64,000 bases of DNA. It comes from Endomicrobiales bacterium (lineage in GTDB: Bacteria; Elusimicrobiota; Endomicrobiia; Endomicrobiales; JAFGGC01). Each line of letters opens with the position of its first letter. The first letter of the stretch is position 1. Positions 29,026-37,817 of this stretch are shown here, piece by piece. Where the stretch lies: NCBI GenBank assembly GCA_016930715.1, contig JAFGGC010000013.1, forward strand, positions 135,796-199,795. The letters are read 5' to 3'. The notes beneath the pieces are model-generated. The model was given only the letters and a program-made list of their open reading frames with translations, was not told the origin of the DNA and did not search any database. The position numbers and the translations under genes are program-made.

Positions 29026-30031
29026 CAGAAGGCTGGCCAGAATCGGGCAATTCGCCGATTCTCTGGGGCTTGAGGCTTATCTGGTAGGCGGGGCCGTACG
29101 GGACCTTCTCTCCGGCAAAAAACTCACCGATCTTGACTTCTCAGTAGAAAAAAATCCGTTGCCGCTGGTTAAAAAAGCCGCTTCCGAATTCGGCGGGAAG
29201 ATCGTTTCCCACGGCCGGTTCGGGACTTTTACTCTTGCGATGAGAGACGGCCGCCATATTGATTTTGCGACAGCCAGGGAAGAGTCCTATCCGCAACCGG
29301 CTGTTTTGCCGACGGTAAAAAAGAGCACGATACGAAAGGACCTGTTCAGGCGGGACTTTACCATAAACGCAATGGCGCTGCGGGTAGGAAAATCCGGCGC
29401 GCGGCGTCTTCTGGATCCCTGCGGGGGAAGAAAGGACCTGGAAAAGAGGATTTTACGTGTTCTTCATCCGCGGAGCTTCCGCGACGATCCCACGAGGATC
29501 TACCGCCTTGCGCGTTTTGCCTCGAGGGGCTACAGGATAGACCCCGTTACCGTTAAATACCTGAAACGTGACAGAAAATTCGCCAGGCTCCTGACAAGAG
29601 AAAGGGTCAGGGAGGAACTGCTTGCGATCCTTTCAGAAAAAAACCCGGCGCCCGCGCTGAGACTCCTGATGAAGTGGAAGATAGCGGACGAGCTTTCGCG
29701 CATCCCGGCAGTTACGGGCAGGCTCGGCCTTCTGCAAAAATGCGGGGGGCTTCCCGAAAGAATAGCCGTTCTCATCAAAAACCTTTCAGCTGCCGGGAGG
29801 CTCGGGTTTCTTGAAGGTTTGAGGCTGTCCAGAAGGCTGAAAAGCGAGGTTCAGGAGCGTCTTGCGCCTGGACTGCCCAGGCCGGTGCTCAACGGCGACG
29901 ATCTCAAACGCATTGGATACAGGCCCGGACCCCGGTTCAAGCTAATGCTGTCCGCGCTTTCAAGGAGAGGATTCAGATCCCGCCGGAAGGCCGTCAAATT
30001 CCTGTTTGACAAATTTCCGCAAAAAAGTTAA
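28997..30031 (+). CDS. cca: CCA-adding enzyme / poly(A) polymerase-family tRNA nucleotidyltransferase (short form)
   Basis: AYLVGGAVRDLLSGKKLTDLDFSV, RDFTINAMA and DPTRIYRLARFASR. ATG at 28997 is chosen over the ORF-track 28976. Confidence 0.7.
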   Translation: MRSSLPVRSDRRLARIGQFADSLGLEAYLVGGAVRDLLSGKKLTDLDFSVEKNPLPLVKKAASEFGGKIVSHGRFGTFTLAMRDGRHIDFATAREESYPQPAVLPTVKKSTIRKDLFRRDFTINAMALRVGKSGARRLLDPCGGRKDLEKRILRVLHPRSFRDDPTRIYRLARFASRGYRIDPVTVKYLKRDRKFARLLTRERVREELLAILSEKNPAPALRLLMKWKIADELSRIPAVTGRLGLLQKCGGLPERIAVLIKNLSAAGRLGFLEGLRLSRRLKSEVQERLAPGLPRPVLNGDDLKRIGYRPGPRFKLMLSALSRRGFRSRRKAVKFLFDKFPQKS

Positions 30032-30041
30032 AATCAACAGA

Positions 30042-30139
30042 GATTACACAGATTTTTACTTCTGATTACACAGATTCAGACAGTAAAGGATTTAATGTTG
30101 ACAGTAATCTGTGTAATCGTTTTAAAAATCAATGTAATC
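30042..30139. repeat. Repeat family 1, copy b (best-preserved copy)
   Basis: gattacacagatt occurs at 30042-30054 and 30064-30076. aatctgtgtaatc occurs at 30106-30118 and aatcaatgtaatc at 30127-30139. The inner pair is a perfect 13-bp inverted repeat. Confidence 0.85.
30098..30126 (+). promoter_or_regulatory. Promoter-like hexamers embedded in repeat copy b
   Basis: TTGACA (30098-30103), a 17-nt spacer that is the inner reverse box, then TTTAAA (30121-30126). The -10 is weak. Confidence 0.3.
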
Positions 30140-30173
30140 AAGGTCTGATGGTTTGTTTCAGACCAAAGAAATT

Positions 30174-30803
30174 ATGGATCTGCTAATATCGCTTCCCGTA
30201 CTCCTTTTTTCCGTCATACTTCATGAATACGCCCATGGCTGGATGGCCGAAAAATTCGGCGACGACACGGCAAGAATAATGGGCCGTCTCACCTTCAATC
30301 CCGTGCCTCACATAGATTTTTTTGGCACCATTATACTTCCGGCCGTGGCGATAATCTCCGGCGCGCCCATTTTCGGCTGGGCGAAACCGGTGCCGGTAAA
30401 CCCGTACAGGCTGAACAACCCGCATAAAGACATGGTGTGGGTTTCGCTTGCCGGGCCGCTTTCGAACATAATGCTGGCGGTCGGCGCGGCGTTCGTGATG
30501 TGGGGTTTGAGACTCATAGATTTCCAGGCCTCCGGCCTCTTGATAGCCCTTTACCAGCTGGCCTACCTGACGATGCTCATAAACATAATACTTCCGGTCT
30601 TCAACCTGTTCCCCGTCCCGCCGCTCGACGGCAGCAAGGTCGTGATGGGGATACTGCCTCCGAGGCTGGCGTTCCAGTACGCGCAGCTGGAGCCGTACGG
30701 GTTTTTCATCATAATCATACTCCTTTCAACGGGTTTTTTCGGCAGGGTTCTTGGGCCGATAGTAAGTTTTTTTGTGTACGCTTTGAGCGGGCGGGGTTTT
30801 TGA
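30174..30803 (+). CDS. Site-2 protease family (peptidase M50) membrane protein
   Basis: HEYAHGWMAEKFGDDTA contains the HExxH motif. Also seen are NPVPHIDFFGT and the LDG motif FNLFPVPPLDGSKV. ATG at 30174 is preferred over the TTG at 30153. Confidence 0.8.
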   Translation: MDLLISLPVLLFSVILHEYAHGWMAEKFGDDTARIMGRLTFNPVPHIDFFGTIILPAVAIISGAPIFGWAKPVPVNPYRLNNPHKDMVWVSLAGPLSNIMLAVGAAFVMWGLRLIDFQASGLLIALYQLAYLTMLINIILPVFNLFPVPPLDGSKVVMGILPPRLAFQYAQLEPYGFFIIIILLSTGFFGRVLGPIVSFFVYALSGRGF

Positions 30804-30978
30804 TTCATATGGCATAATCTGTCTTCGCAGGTCGCATCAGCTATTACCATGCCTATTCGGCATATCGCTGATTCTGCTTCGGCGGACCACTTGTGGTTGT
30901 TGAGCGTGGAAAGGAAATTTGGTTGATAATTGCACAGATGCTGATATTTTTTAGAAGAAGACCAAGGAGAAATTACAG

Positions 30979-31953
30979 GTGAAGCGCATACTGTCCGGCA
31001 TGAGGCCCTCAGGCAAGCTGCACCTGGGGCATTTTTTCGGAGCCCTGTCCAACTGGGTCAGGCTGCAGGACGAATACCAGTGTTTCTACATGGTCGCCGA
31101 CTGGCACGCTCTGACGACGGAGTACGAGGATACTTCCAAAACCGCCGAGAGCTCAATGGAAATGGTGATCGACTGGCTCACGGTCGGCATAGACCCGGAG
31201 AAGAGCGTCATTTTCCGCCAGTCTGACGTAGCGGAGCACGCCGAGCTTTTCCTCCTTCTTTCTATGGTGACGCCTCTCGGCTGGCTGTTCAGGTGTCCGA
31301 CCTACAAGGAACAGCTCAAGGAGGTGCAGAACAAGGACCTCCACACGTTTGGTTTCCTGGGGTATCCGGTGCTTCAGGCGGCCGATATACTGCTCTACAG
31401 GGCCAATGCCGTTCCGGTGGGAGAGGACCAGCTCCCGCACCTTGAGCTGACGCGCGAGATATGCAGGAGGTTCAACAATTTCTACGGCGAGCTTTTTCCC
31501 GAGCCCCAGGCGATACTGACGCGGTCGGCCAGGGTCCCCGGGATAGACGCGCGGAAGATGTCCAAGTCCTACGACAACGCCATCAACATCGGCGAAGAAC
31601 CGGACGCGATAAAGAAAAAAATACAGCAGATGTTCACCGACCCCCAGAAGATCCGCGCCAACGACCAGGGCCATCCGGAAGGCTGCGTGGTTTTCGCCTT
31701 CCAGGAGCTATATAACCCCGGCGCGAAGAAGATAGAGTCCGAATGCCGGTCCGGTTCCCGGGGATGCGTGGCGTGCAAAAAAGAGCTTTCCGAAGCGATG
31801 GCGGAAGCCCTTAAGCCCTTGAGGGAAAAAAGAAAAGAGATATCGCGTGATAAAAAGCTCATAGAAAAGATACTGCAGGAAGGACAAAAGAAAGCTGCCG
31901 AAGCCGCCCTTGCCACTATGAAGGACGTTCGGAAGGCGATAAGACTGAAATAA
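30979..31953 (+). CDS. trpS: Tryptophan--tRNA ligase
   Basis: SGMRPSGKLHLGHFFGAL (HIGH-like), ADWHALT, GEDQLPHLELTREI and KMSKSY. The GTG start is preceded by AAGGAG. Confidence 0.9.
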   Translation: MKRILSGMRPSGKLHLGHFFGALSNWVRLQDEYQCFYMVADWHALTTEYEDTSKTAESSMEMVIDWLTVGIDPEKSVIFRQSDVAEHAELFLLLSMVTPLGWLFRCPTYKEQLKEVQNKDLHTFGFLGYPVLQAADILLYRANAVPVGEDQLPHLELTREICRRFNNFYGELFPEPQAILTRSARVPGIDARKMSKSYDNAINIGEEPDAIKKKIQQMFTDPQKIRANDQGHPEGCVVFAFQELYNPGAKKIESECRSGSRGCVACKKELSEAMAEALKPLREKRKEISRDKKLIEKILQEGQKKAAEAALATMKDVRKAIRLK

Positions 31954-31957
31954 ATCG

Positions 31958-32023
31958 GGTAAAAGTTGCAGGGTACAAGGTAAATATTAACGGTTTCAAA
32001 GACTTAAACTTTTACCTTTTAAT
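31958..32023. repeat. Repeat family 2, copy b (inverted heptamer arrays)
   Basis: Forward heptamers are GGTAAAA, GTTGCAG, GGTACAA and GGTAAAT (31958-31985). Reverse heptamers are cttaaac, ttttacc and ttttaat (32003-32023). ggtaaaagtt (31958-31967) and aacttttacc (32007-32016) form a perfect 10-bp inverted repeat. Confidence 0.7.
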
Positions 32024-32851
32024 ATGTTGAGGTTGTCGATGACGTACGACGTGCATCTTGAAATCTTCGAAGGGCCTCTTGACCTTCTTCTTCATCTGAT
32101 AAAGAAGAATGATCTTGAAGTGGCGGAGATCCCCATCGCGCAGATAACTTCCGAATACCTGTCGTACCTCGAAATAATGAAAGAACTGAACCTTGAGATA
32201 GCCGGCGAATTTCTCGTTATGGCGGCGACGCTGATGCAGATAAAGGCGCGCTCAATGCTTCCGAAAGAAGAAGGGATCGAGGAAGAGGACGAGGAGCTAA
32301 GGGACCTCAGGGACAAGCTTCTCGAGTATCAGAAATACAAGGAAGTGGGCAGGTTCCTCTCGTTCAAGGAGAACGAGTTCACGGGAATATACTACAGGCA
32401 CCCTCCCGTGTTCGACAAGGACGAGTACACGCTTGAAGTGTCCCTTTTCGACCTCATAAACGGTTTCCGCGAGGTCCTCAAAGAGCTCCCGAAGGAGCTC
32501 AAGGAAATAGTCTATAAAGAGATACCGATAGAACAGAAGATAAGAGAGATACTCGATATGCTCGAAGGAAAAGAGCACGTCACTTTGATGGATATTTTCA
32601 GGAAGGAAACGACCAGACAGCATCTCATCGTGAGCTTTCTGGCCATACTTGAGCTGATACGCCTGAAGCAGATAATAGCGAGACAGTCCGAACTCTTCGA
32701 GGAGATTAGGGTCTACAGGCTTACCGAGAGGACGGAAGAAAAGGCGGAAGATAAACAGGAACCCGGCTCGGACAACGCGCAAGGCAACGCTGATGCCGGC
32801 GGCGCGGAGAACGCGGAAGGCGAAGAAATAAATACAGATCAAGGAAGATAA
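32024..32851 (+). CDS. scpA: Segregation and condensation protein A
   Basis: LEIFEGPLDLLLHLIKKNDLEV.EIPIAQIT.EYL. The acidic C-terminal tail is unusual in length. ATG at 32039 is an alternative start. Confidence 0.85.
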   Translation: MLRLSMTYDVHLEIFEGPLDLLLHLIKKNDLEVAEIPIAQITSEYLSYLEIMKELNLEIAGEFLVMAATLMQIKARSMLPKEEGIEEEDEELRDLRDKLLEYQKYKEVGRFLSFKENEFTGIYYRHPPVFDKDEYTLEVSLFDLINGFREVLKELPKELKEIVYKEIPIEQKIREILDMLEGKEHVTLMDIFRKETTRQHLIVSFLAILELIRLKQIIARQSELFEEIRVYRLTERTEEKAEDKQEPGSDNAQGNADAGGAENAEGEEINTDQGR

Positions 32852-32853
32852 AA

Positions 32854-33504
32854 ATGGAAACTCAGGAAGTCAAAAAAATCGTAGAAGCGCTTCTTTTTCT
32901 AACGGACCAGCCGATCTCCGTGTCCGTGATCAAGGCGGTCCTCGGCGAAGCTGCAAAAGACCAGAACCTGGAGGAGATAATCAGCCAGATCGACGCGGAA
33001 TACAGGGAGAGGAACAGCCCCATGGAGCTCAGGTTCATCGCCGGCGGCTGGCAGTTCTCTACTAAAAAAGAGTTTTCTTCCTGGATAAGGAAGCTTTACA
33101 GGGAAAGAACGACCCTGCGCCTCTCGAACTCGGCGCTGGAGTCGCTTGCCATTGTCGCCTACAAGCAGCCCGTGACGCGCTCCGAGATAGAGGAGATAAG
33201 GGGCGTCGAAACTTCGGGGGTGCTTGAGACACTCCTCGAGAGGAAACTCGTGCGCATCGTCGGCCGCAAGGAAACCATAGGCAGGCCCCTTCTCTACGGG
33301 ACTACCCTGGAGTTCCTGAGGCATTTCGGGCTTTCGCACTTGAGCGAGCTGCCCATAATCGAAGAGCTGGTGCCGCCCGAACAGGCGGCGCCGCAGGTGA
33401 CAATAGAGGAAGAAACGCCCGAACTTCCTTTCGCGGGAGAAGGCGCGGAGCAAGAGCAGCCCGAAGAAAACAGGGGCGAACCCGAAAACGAGCAAAACAG
33501 CTAG
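32854..33504 (+). CDS. scpB: Segregation and condensation protein B
   Basis: IVEALLFLTDQPISV, AGGWQF.TK, LS.SALESLAIVAYKQPVTRSEIEEIRGV, GRPLLYGTT..FL..FGL. Confidence 0.85.
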   Translation: METQEVKKIVEALLFLTDQPISVSVIKAVLGEAAKDQNLEEIISQIDAEYRERNSPMELRFIAGGWQFSTKKEFSSWIRKLYRERTTLRLSNSALESLAIVAYKQPVTRSEIEEIRGVETSGVLETLLERKLVRIVGRKETIGRPLLYGTTLEFLRHFGLSHLSELPIIEELVPPEQAAPQVTIEEETPELPFAGEGAEQEQPEENRGEPENEQNS

Positions 33505-33506
33505 AA

Positions 33507-34424
33507 ATGCTTTCAATATCAACGGCCTACCATTTAGACCGCAACGATTCCTGGCAAAAATTACTTGATGACACCAAACGGCTCGGGTTCCGGAGCCTGG
33601 AGCTGAACGTTGAATTTCCAGCCGAGTGGCTTTCGGACGCCTTGAGATCAGTCGAAAAAGGCGAGATAGCCGTGTCAAGTCTTCACAATTACTGCCCCAG
33701 GCTCGAGCGTCTTCCGCCGGGAAAGACGGTTTATTCCGGATACCTGCTTTCCTCTGAAGACGAAGAGGAAAGAAAACTTGCCGTGAAATACACAGTCAAC
33801 ACCGTCGAATGCGCGTCCAGGCTAGGGGCAAAAGCCGTCGTGATACACGCCGGCGACGTGGTGACCGAGCCTTCGGGCAGGGAATTCGCCAAATTTGTCC
33901 GTCAATTCGGGATAAAAAGCATGCTGTACGCCAGGTATTTCGAAGAGATGAAGGCTTCAAGGAAGAAGAAGTCCGCCCGCTACATGAACAACCTTTTTAA
34001 AAGCCTCGACGAGGTGGTGAAATCGGCAGAAAGAGCCAAGATCGTGCTTGGCATAGAAAACCGTTACTATTACCACGAGATACCGAACATAGAAGAAACA
34101 AGGCAAATTCTTGACAGGTACGAAGGCGCGGCTCTCGCCTACTGGCACGACACGGGCCATGCTGAAATGTTCGTCAGGCAGGGCTGGGTGAAAGAACACG
34201 TGGAGTTCCTTGAGCCGTTCAAGAAAAGGATCGCGGGTGTCCACCTGCACGACGTGCGCGGGTTCACGGACCACAACGCGCCGGGAAGCGGCAGTTTCGA
34301 TTTCGCGATACTAAAAAAATACATGAATCCTGCAGTGATACCGGTGATAGAGGCGCACCCGAAGGCTTCCGATTCGGAGGTCAGGGGTGGCATCAAATAC
34401 CTGACAAAAATCGGATTGATTTAA
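33507..34424 (+). CDS. Sugar phosphate isomerase/epimerase (xylose isomerase-like TIM barrel)
   Basis: LGFRSLELN, GAKAVVIHAG, LGIENRYY, WHDTGHAEM, GVHLHD. This is the AP_endonuc_2-type metal-ligand pattern. Confidence 0.6.
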   Translation: MLSISTAYHLDRNDSWQKLLDDTKRLGFRSLELNVEFPAEWLSDALRSVEKGEIAVSSLHNYCPRLERLPPGKTVYSGYLLSSEDEEERKLAVKYTVNTVECASRLGAKAVVIHAGDVVTEPSGREFAKFVRQFGIKSMLYARYFEEMKASRKKKSARYMNNLFKSLDEVVKSAERAKIVLGIENRYYYHEIPNIEETRQILDRYEGAALAYWHDTGHAEMFVRQGWVKEHVEFLEPFKKRIAGVHLHDVRGFTDHNAPGSGSFDFAILKKYMNPAVIPVIEAHPKASDSEVRGGIKYLTKIGLI

Positions 34425-34437
34425 CTGATAGTTTTTC

Positions 34438-34466
34438 TTGACAAAGGGTGAATTCTCTGCTAAAAT
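34438..34466 (+). promoter_or_regulatory. Near-consensus sigma-70-like promoter of the kinase block
   Basis: TTGACA (34438-34443), a 17-nt spacer, then TAAAAT (34461-34466). It sits 64 nt upstream of the ATG at 34531, which is preceded by GAGAGG. Confidence 0.6.
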
Positions 34467-34530
34467 TTTTGTTGCGACCCGTTTTTGCTTTGAATTTCAG
34501 TCTTTTTTTAAGCGAGAGGTATATACCGGT

Positions 34531-37500
34531 ATGACTGAAAAACCCGTCCATGGAAAGATGCTCATAAACGAGCAATATCTGACCGTAAAGAAAATCGGCC
34601 AGGGCGGTTTCGGAGTAGTCTGGCGGGCATACGATTTCAGCCTCAAGAATTACGTCGCGGTCAAAGAGCTTCTTCAGGAATACAGCGAGGCGAAGTATGT
34701 CGAGATGTTCTATAAAGAAGCTCTCATCGCGAAAAATATCATACACGACAACATTGTCCGCGTGCAGCATTTCTGGAAGGGCTCCAACGGGGCCTTTTAC
34801 ATCACGATGGACTACGTGTCGGGTACCGACCTGGAAAACCTCCTCAAACTCTGCAATAAAGTCGAAGTCAGGCTTCCGTGGGAACTTGTAGTACTCATAG
34901 CCGGAAGCGCCCTCAAAGCCCTTGATTACGCCAACAGGATCGCCAAGGACGTGATAACCGGCAAACCCTACGGCATCGTATACAGGGACATCTCTCCGGG
35001 AAACATCCTCATTTCGTTCGAAGGCAACGTGAAACTCAGCGATTTTGGCGTGGCAAAGACCGCTGAAGAGATGGCCGACGCCGCCAAGAAAAGGATAGTT
35101 GCCGGGAAGTACGCGTATATGTCCCCCGAGCAGATGAGGGGTGAGCCGGACGTCGACCATCGTTCCGACGTTTTTTCCATCGGGGTCGTGCTTTTCGAAA
35201 TGCTGGCCGGCAGGCCGCTTTATTCCGGTGACACGACCCAGATAAGGGAACAGGTACTGAACGAAAAATTCGATCCCAATCTGCTCACGAGCATCGGGAT
35301 ACCCGACGACCTTGCCATAATAGTCCAAAAGGCGCTCGAGAAGGACAAAGAGCTCAGATACGAAAAAGCCATCGAGATGTTCAGGGACCTGAGGCGCCTT
35401 CTCAAGGGCAAGGAGACGGAGGAGCTCGCCCAGGACCTTTCCGTGTTCATAGCGAGGAATATGAACGAGGAAATCTCCAAGGAAAACGAGTTTGCCGAAA
35501 GCATCAGACAGTTGAACTTAACCGAAATAAAAGGCGATCCCAAAGTAACGAAAATAACCTGCAAGGATTTCATAGTAGGGGATCTCACCGCGGATGTTCC
35601 GCACGAGGAAGCGCCGCCGGCGCCGCAGTATCAGCCGAGCGGGCCGGCTCCTTCCCAGCCCCTTCAGCCGCCTCCGCCAGAAGAGCCGAAGGCGCAACAG
35701 GAACAGCCCGTTCCCGAAGACAAGGAAAAATCAGCCGAACCGTACTATCCCGAGCCGATAGGCGAACAACCGCAGGCGGCCGCGCCTTCCGAGCCGCAAA
35801 AAGCCAAATCCGTCCATAAACCCGAGCCCGAACCCGAACCGAAATACGAACCGCCGCCGCAGCCGCAACAGCCCCAGCAGGCGGCTGCGCCCATACAGCA
35901 GTATTATCCCGCAAAGCAGTCTCAACAGCCTTCCTACGATACGTACTATCCTTCACACCCTTCTCCAAGCGAAGAGAAGGGGAAAACGGTTTTTGAGGAA
36001 GTCGGCGACTGGCTCGTCAACAAGTTTAAGGTATACAAAAAACGCCTGATAAGGGTCACGATGGCCCTGATATTTTTCGCGATTCTTTTTACCGTGGCCG
36101 ATACTTTCTTGAGGATAACCCCGGTGGGCAGCAGGATATATTCCATGCTCTATCCGCCGGACGTGGTGATCACAACGGTGCCTCCCGGAGCCACGGTAAC
36201 GGTTAAAACAAGGGACGGGAAACCCGTCATTTCGAACGCCGATTCGTCCAGGCCCATAGAGCTGAGGAAGGTTTTGCCCAGGACCTACGTGCTTACCGCT
36301 ATGAAGGACGGATTCAAGACTGTCGAGCGCATAATCAAGATAGAGGAGCAGACCGGCGGCAAAAAAATGCAGCAGAACATAGAGGTAACCTTCGATTTCG
36401 CGCTTGAGATCGATTCGATGCCTCCGGGCGCCGAGGTTTACGTCGACGGAAATAAATTCAACGTCACGCCCTGCAGGGGGGAGTTTGTGGCTGGCGAACA
36501 CACGATAAAGCTCGCGATGAAGGGTTTTGAGGATCTGGGCTCAACGGCGAAAGAAGCGAAAGCCGGGCAGTGCAACATCGATTTCACGAGGCCTTCTCCC
36601 GATGAAGCGTTCGGAGGGATAGATCCCAAGTACTGGAAGTACGACGTTATAAATACCGAGTCGGGGGCGGTATTCAAGGTCACGGGGCACCTTTACAAAT
36701 TCTACAATCTCGGATCGGTGCCCAAGGACTGTGTCGTTCACATCGAGGGAGAGAGCCAGCCGAGAGGGAACACTCCTTTAAGGACCCCGCTAAAGGCGGG
36801 AACCTACAAGATAAGGTTCCTTGACTCGAGCGGCAAGTACCAGCAGACCACGAGACCGGTCACCTGCGACCAGAATTCAAATCAGAACATAAGCGTTTAC
36901 CTCAATAAGTGGGTGACGTTCAAAGTCCGCTCAAAAGAGCATCCGAACGAATCTTTCGTTACGAACCTGAAAATAAAAGGCGCCGGTATGAGTGTATCAA
37001 AAGAGATATCAACGAACAAACCAATAAGAATGGCCCTGCCGGTCACGACCTATGAAGTCATTTTCGAGGGCGACAAGGAATATAAAACGCTTGCCTTGAA
37101 GGTGAATATTGCCGGCAGGAGCCTGATACTGGGAGAACTGGAATACGAGAATTCCATTTTAACGGTCAACGTCAAGGATGAATCGACGAAAAAAGCGATA
37201 GAAGACGCGTATGTCTGGCTGGGGTCCAAGATAGCGGGCAAAACGAATTCTCAGGGCGCTTTTGAAACGGAAGTGCTTCACGGCACCACGAGCGTTAGGA
37301 TAGTGGCCAAGGGCTACATTGACAAGACCGTGGAAAAAGCGATAAAAGTCCGGAAAGAGCAGGTGGATATCGAACTGGCTCCGGAAAGAGTCGAGATTCC
37401 GGGCATTTCGACCGCTCCGCCCGTGGCGCCAACCGGCTATGGTTTACCGGGTCAAAAAACGATATTTTCTCCCGTGCCGGCCTCCGAAAAACCTTCCTAC

Positions 37501-37755
37501 GAAGCGCAGACTCCCGGACGGCGGCCCCGCACGCCGGGCGGTTCGCAGCCGGATAGCTATCAGCAGCCTCAGGCGCAGCCGCAGTACCAGCAGCCGCAAT
37601 ATCAGCCGCCCGCGCCCGTTCCAAGGCAGCCGGCGACTTCACCCGGCGGCCAGCAGGTTATAGTGTGCCCCAACTGCGGCAAGGAATATGTTATAACGGG
37701 GCCGAAGAAACCGAGGTTTTGCACGAACTGCGGAAGGCCTTTTAATTTAAGATAA
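34531..37755 (+). CDS. Membrane Ser/Thr protein kinase: Hanks kinase, P/Q-rich linker, TM, PEGA-type beta-sandwich array, P/Q-rich tail and C-terminal zinc ribbon
   Basis: Kinase motifs are GQGGFGVVW, VAVKEL, YRDISPGNIL, DFGVAK and YMSPEQ. The TM is VTMALIFFAILFTVADTFL. PEGA-like units include PPGATVTVKT and MPPGAEVYVDGNKFNVTPC. The C-terminus is CPNCGKEY...FCTNCGRPF. ATG at 34531 is chosen over the ORF-track TTG at 34438, which coincides with the -35 box. Confidence 0.85.
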   Translation: MTEKPVHGKMLINEQYLTVKKIGQGGFGVVWRAYDFSLKNYVAVKELLQEYSEAKYVEMFYKEALIAKNIIHDNIVRVQHFWKGSNGAFYITMDYVSGTDLENLLKLCNKVEVRLPWELVVLIAGSALKALDYANRIAKDVITGKPYGIVYRDISPGNILISFEGNVKLSDFGVAKTAEEMADAAKKRIVAGKYAYMSPEQMRGEPDVDHRSDVFSIGVVLFEMLAGRPLYSGDTTQIREQVLNEKFDPNLLTSIGIPDDLAIIVQKALEKDKELRYEKAIEMFRDLRRLLKGKETEELAQDLSVFIARNMNEEISKENEFAESIRQLNLTEIKGDPKVTKITCKDFIVGDLTADVPHEEAPPAPQYQPSGPAPSQPLQPPPPEEPKAQQEQPVPEDKEKSAEPYYPEPIGEQPQAAAPSEPQKAKSVHKPEPEPEPKYEPPPQPQQPQQAAAPIQQYYPAKQSQQPSYDTYYPSHPSPSEEKGKTVFEEVGDWLVNKFKVYKKRLIRVTMALIFFAILFTVADTFLRITPVGSRIYSMLYPPDVVITTVPPGATVTVKTRDGKPVISNADSSRPIELRKVLPRTYVLTAMKDGFKTVERIIKIEEQTGGKKMQQNIEVTFDFALEIDSMPPGAEVYVDGNKFNVTPCRGEFVAGEHTIKLAMKGFEDLGSTAKEAKAGQCNIDFTRPSPDEAFGGIDPKYWKYDVINTESGAVFKVTGHLYKFYNLGSVPKDCVVHIEGESQPRGNTPLRTPLKAGTYKIRFLDSSGKYQQTTRPVTCDQNSNQNISVYLNKWVTFKVRSKEHPNESFVTNLKIKGAGMSVSKEISTNKPIRMALPVTTYEVIFEGDKEYKTLALKVNIAGRSLILGELEYENSILTVNVKDESTKKAIEDAYVWLGSKIAGKTNSQGAFETEVLHGTTSVRIVAKGYIDKTVEKAIKVRKEQVDIELAPERVEIPGISTAPPVAPTGYGLPGQKTIFSPVPASEKPSYEAQTPGRRPRTPGGSQPDSYQQPQAQPQYQQPQYQPPAPVPRQPATSPGGQQVIVCPNCGKEYVITGPKKPRFCTNCGRPFNLR

Positions 37756-37817
37756 AAAAATTGGATGCCCTGCTTGACCCGGTTCCGGCCGGAACGGTCG
37801 GCGGGGGGAGGATACAG

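Noticed and set aside
30042-30139. The repeated boxes could be a small CRISPR array.
   Set aside because: The units are only 13 bp, occur in both orientations and number only four per locus. The gaps between adjacent boxes are only 8-9 nt (apart from the variable central spacer), and there are no cas genes. The pattern is not CRISPR-like.
30804-30978. There could be a T-box or Trp-responsive leader upstream of trpS.
   Set aside because: The 175-nt spacer is shorter than typical T-box leaders. I could not find the conserved T-box sequence, a specifier-loop arrangement or a terminator/antiterminator pair. There is only a weak promoter-like TTGATA...TATTTT.
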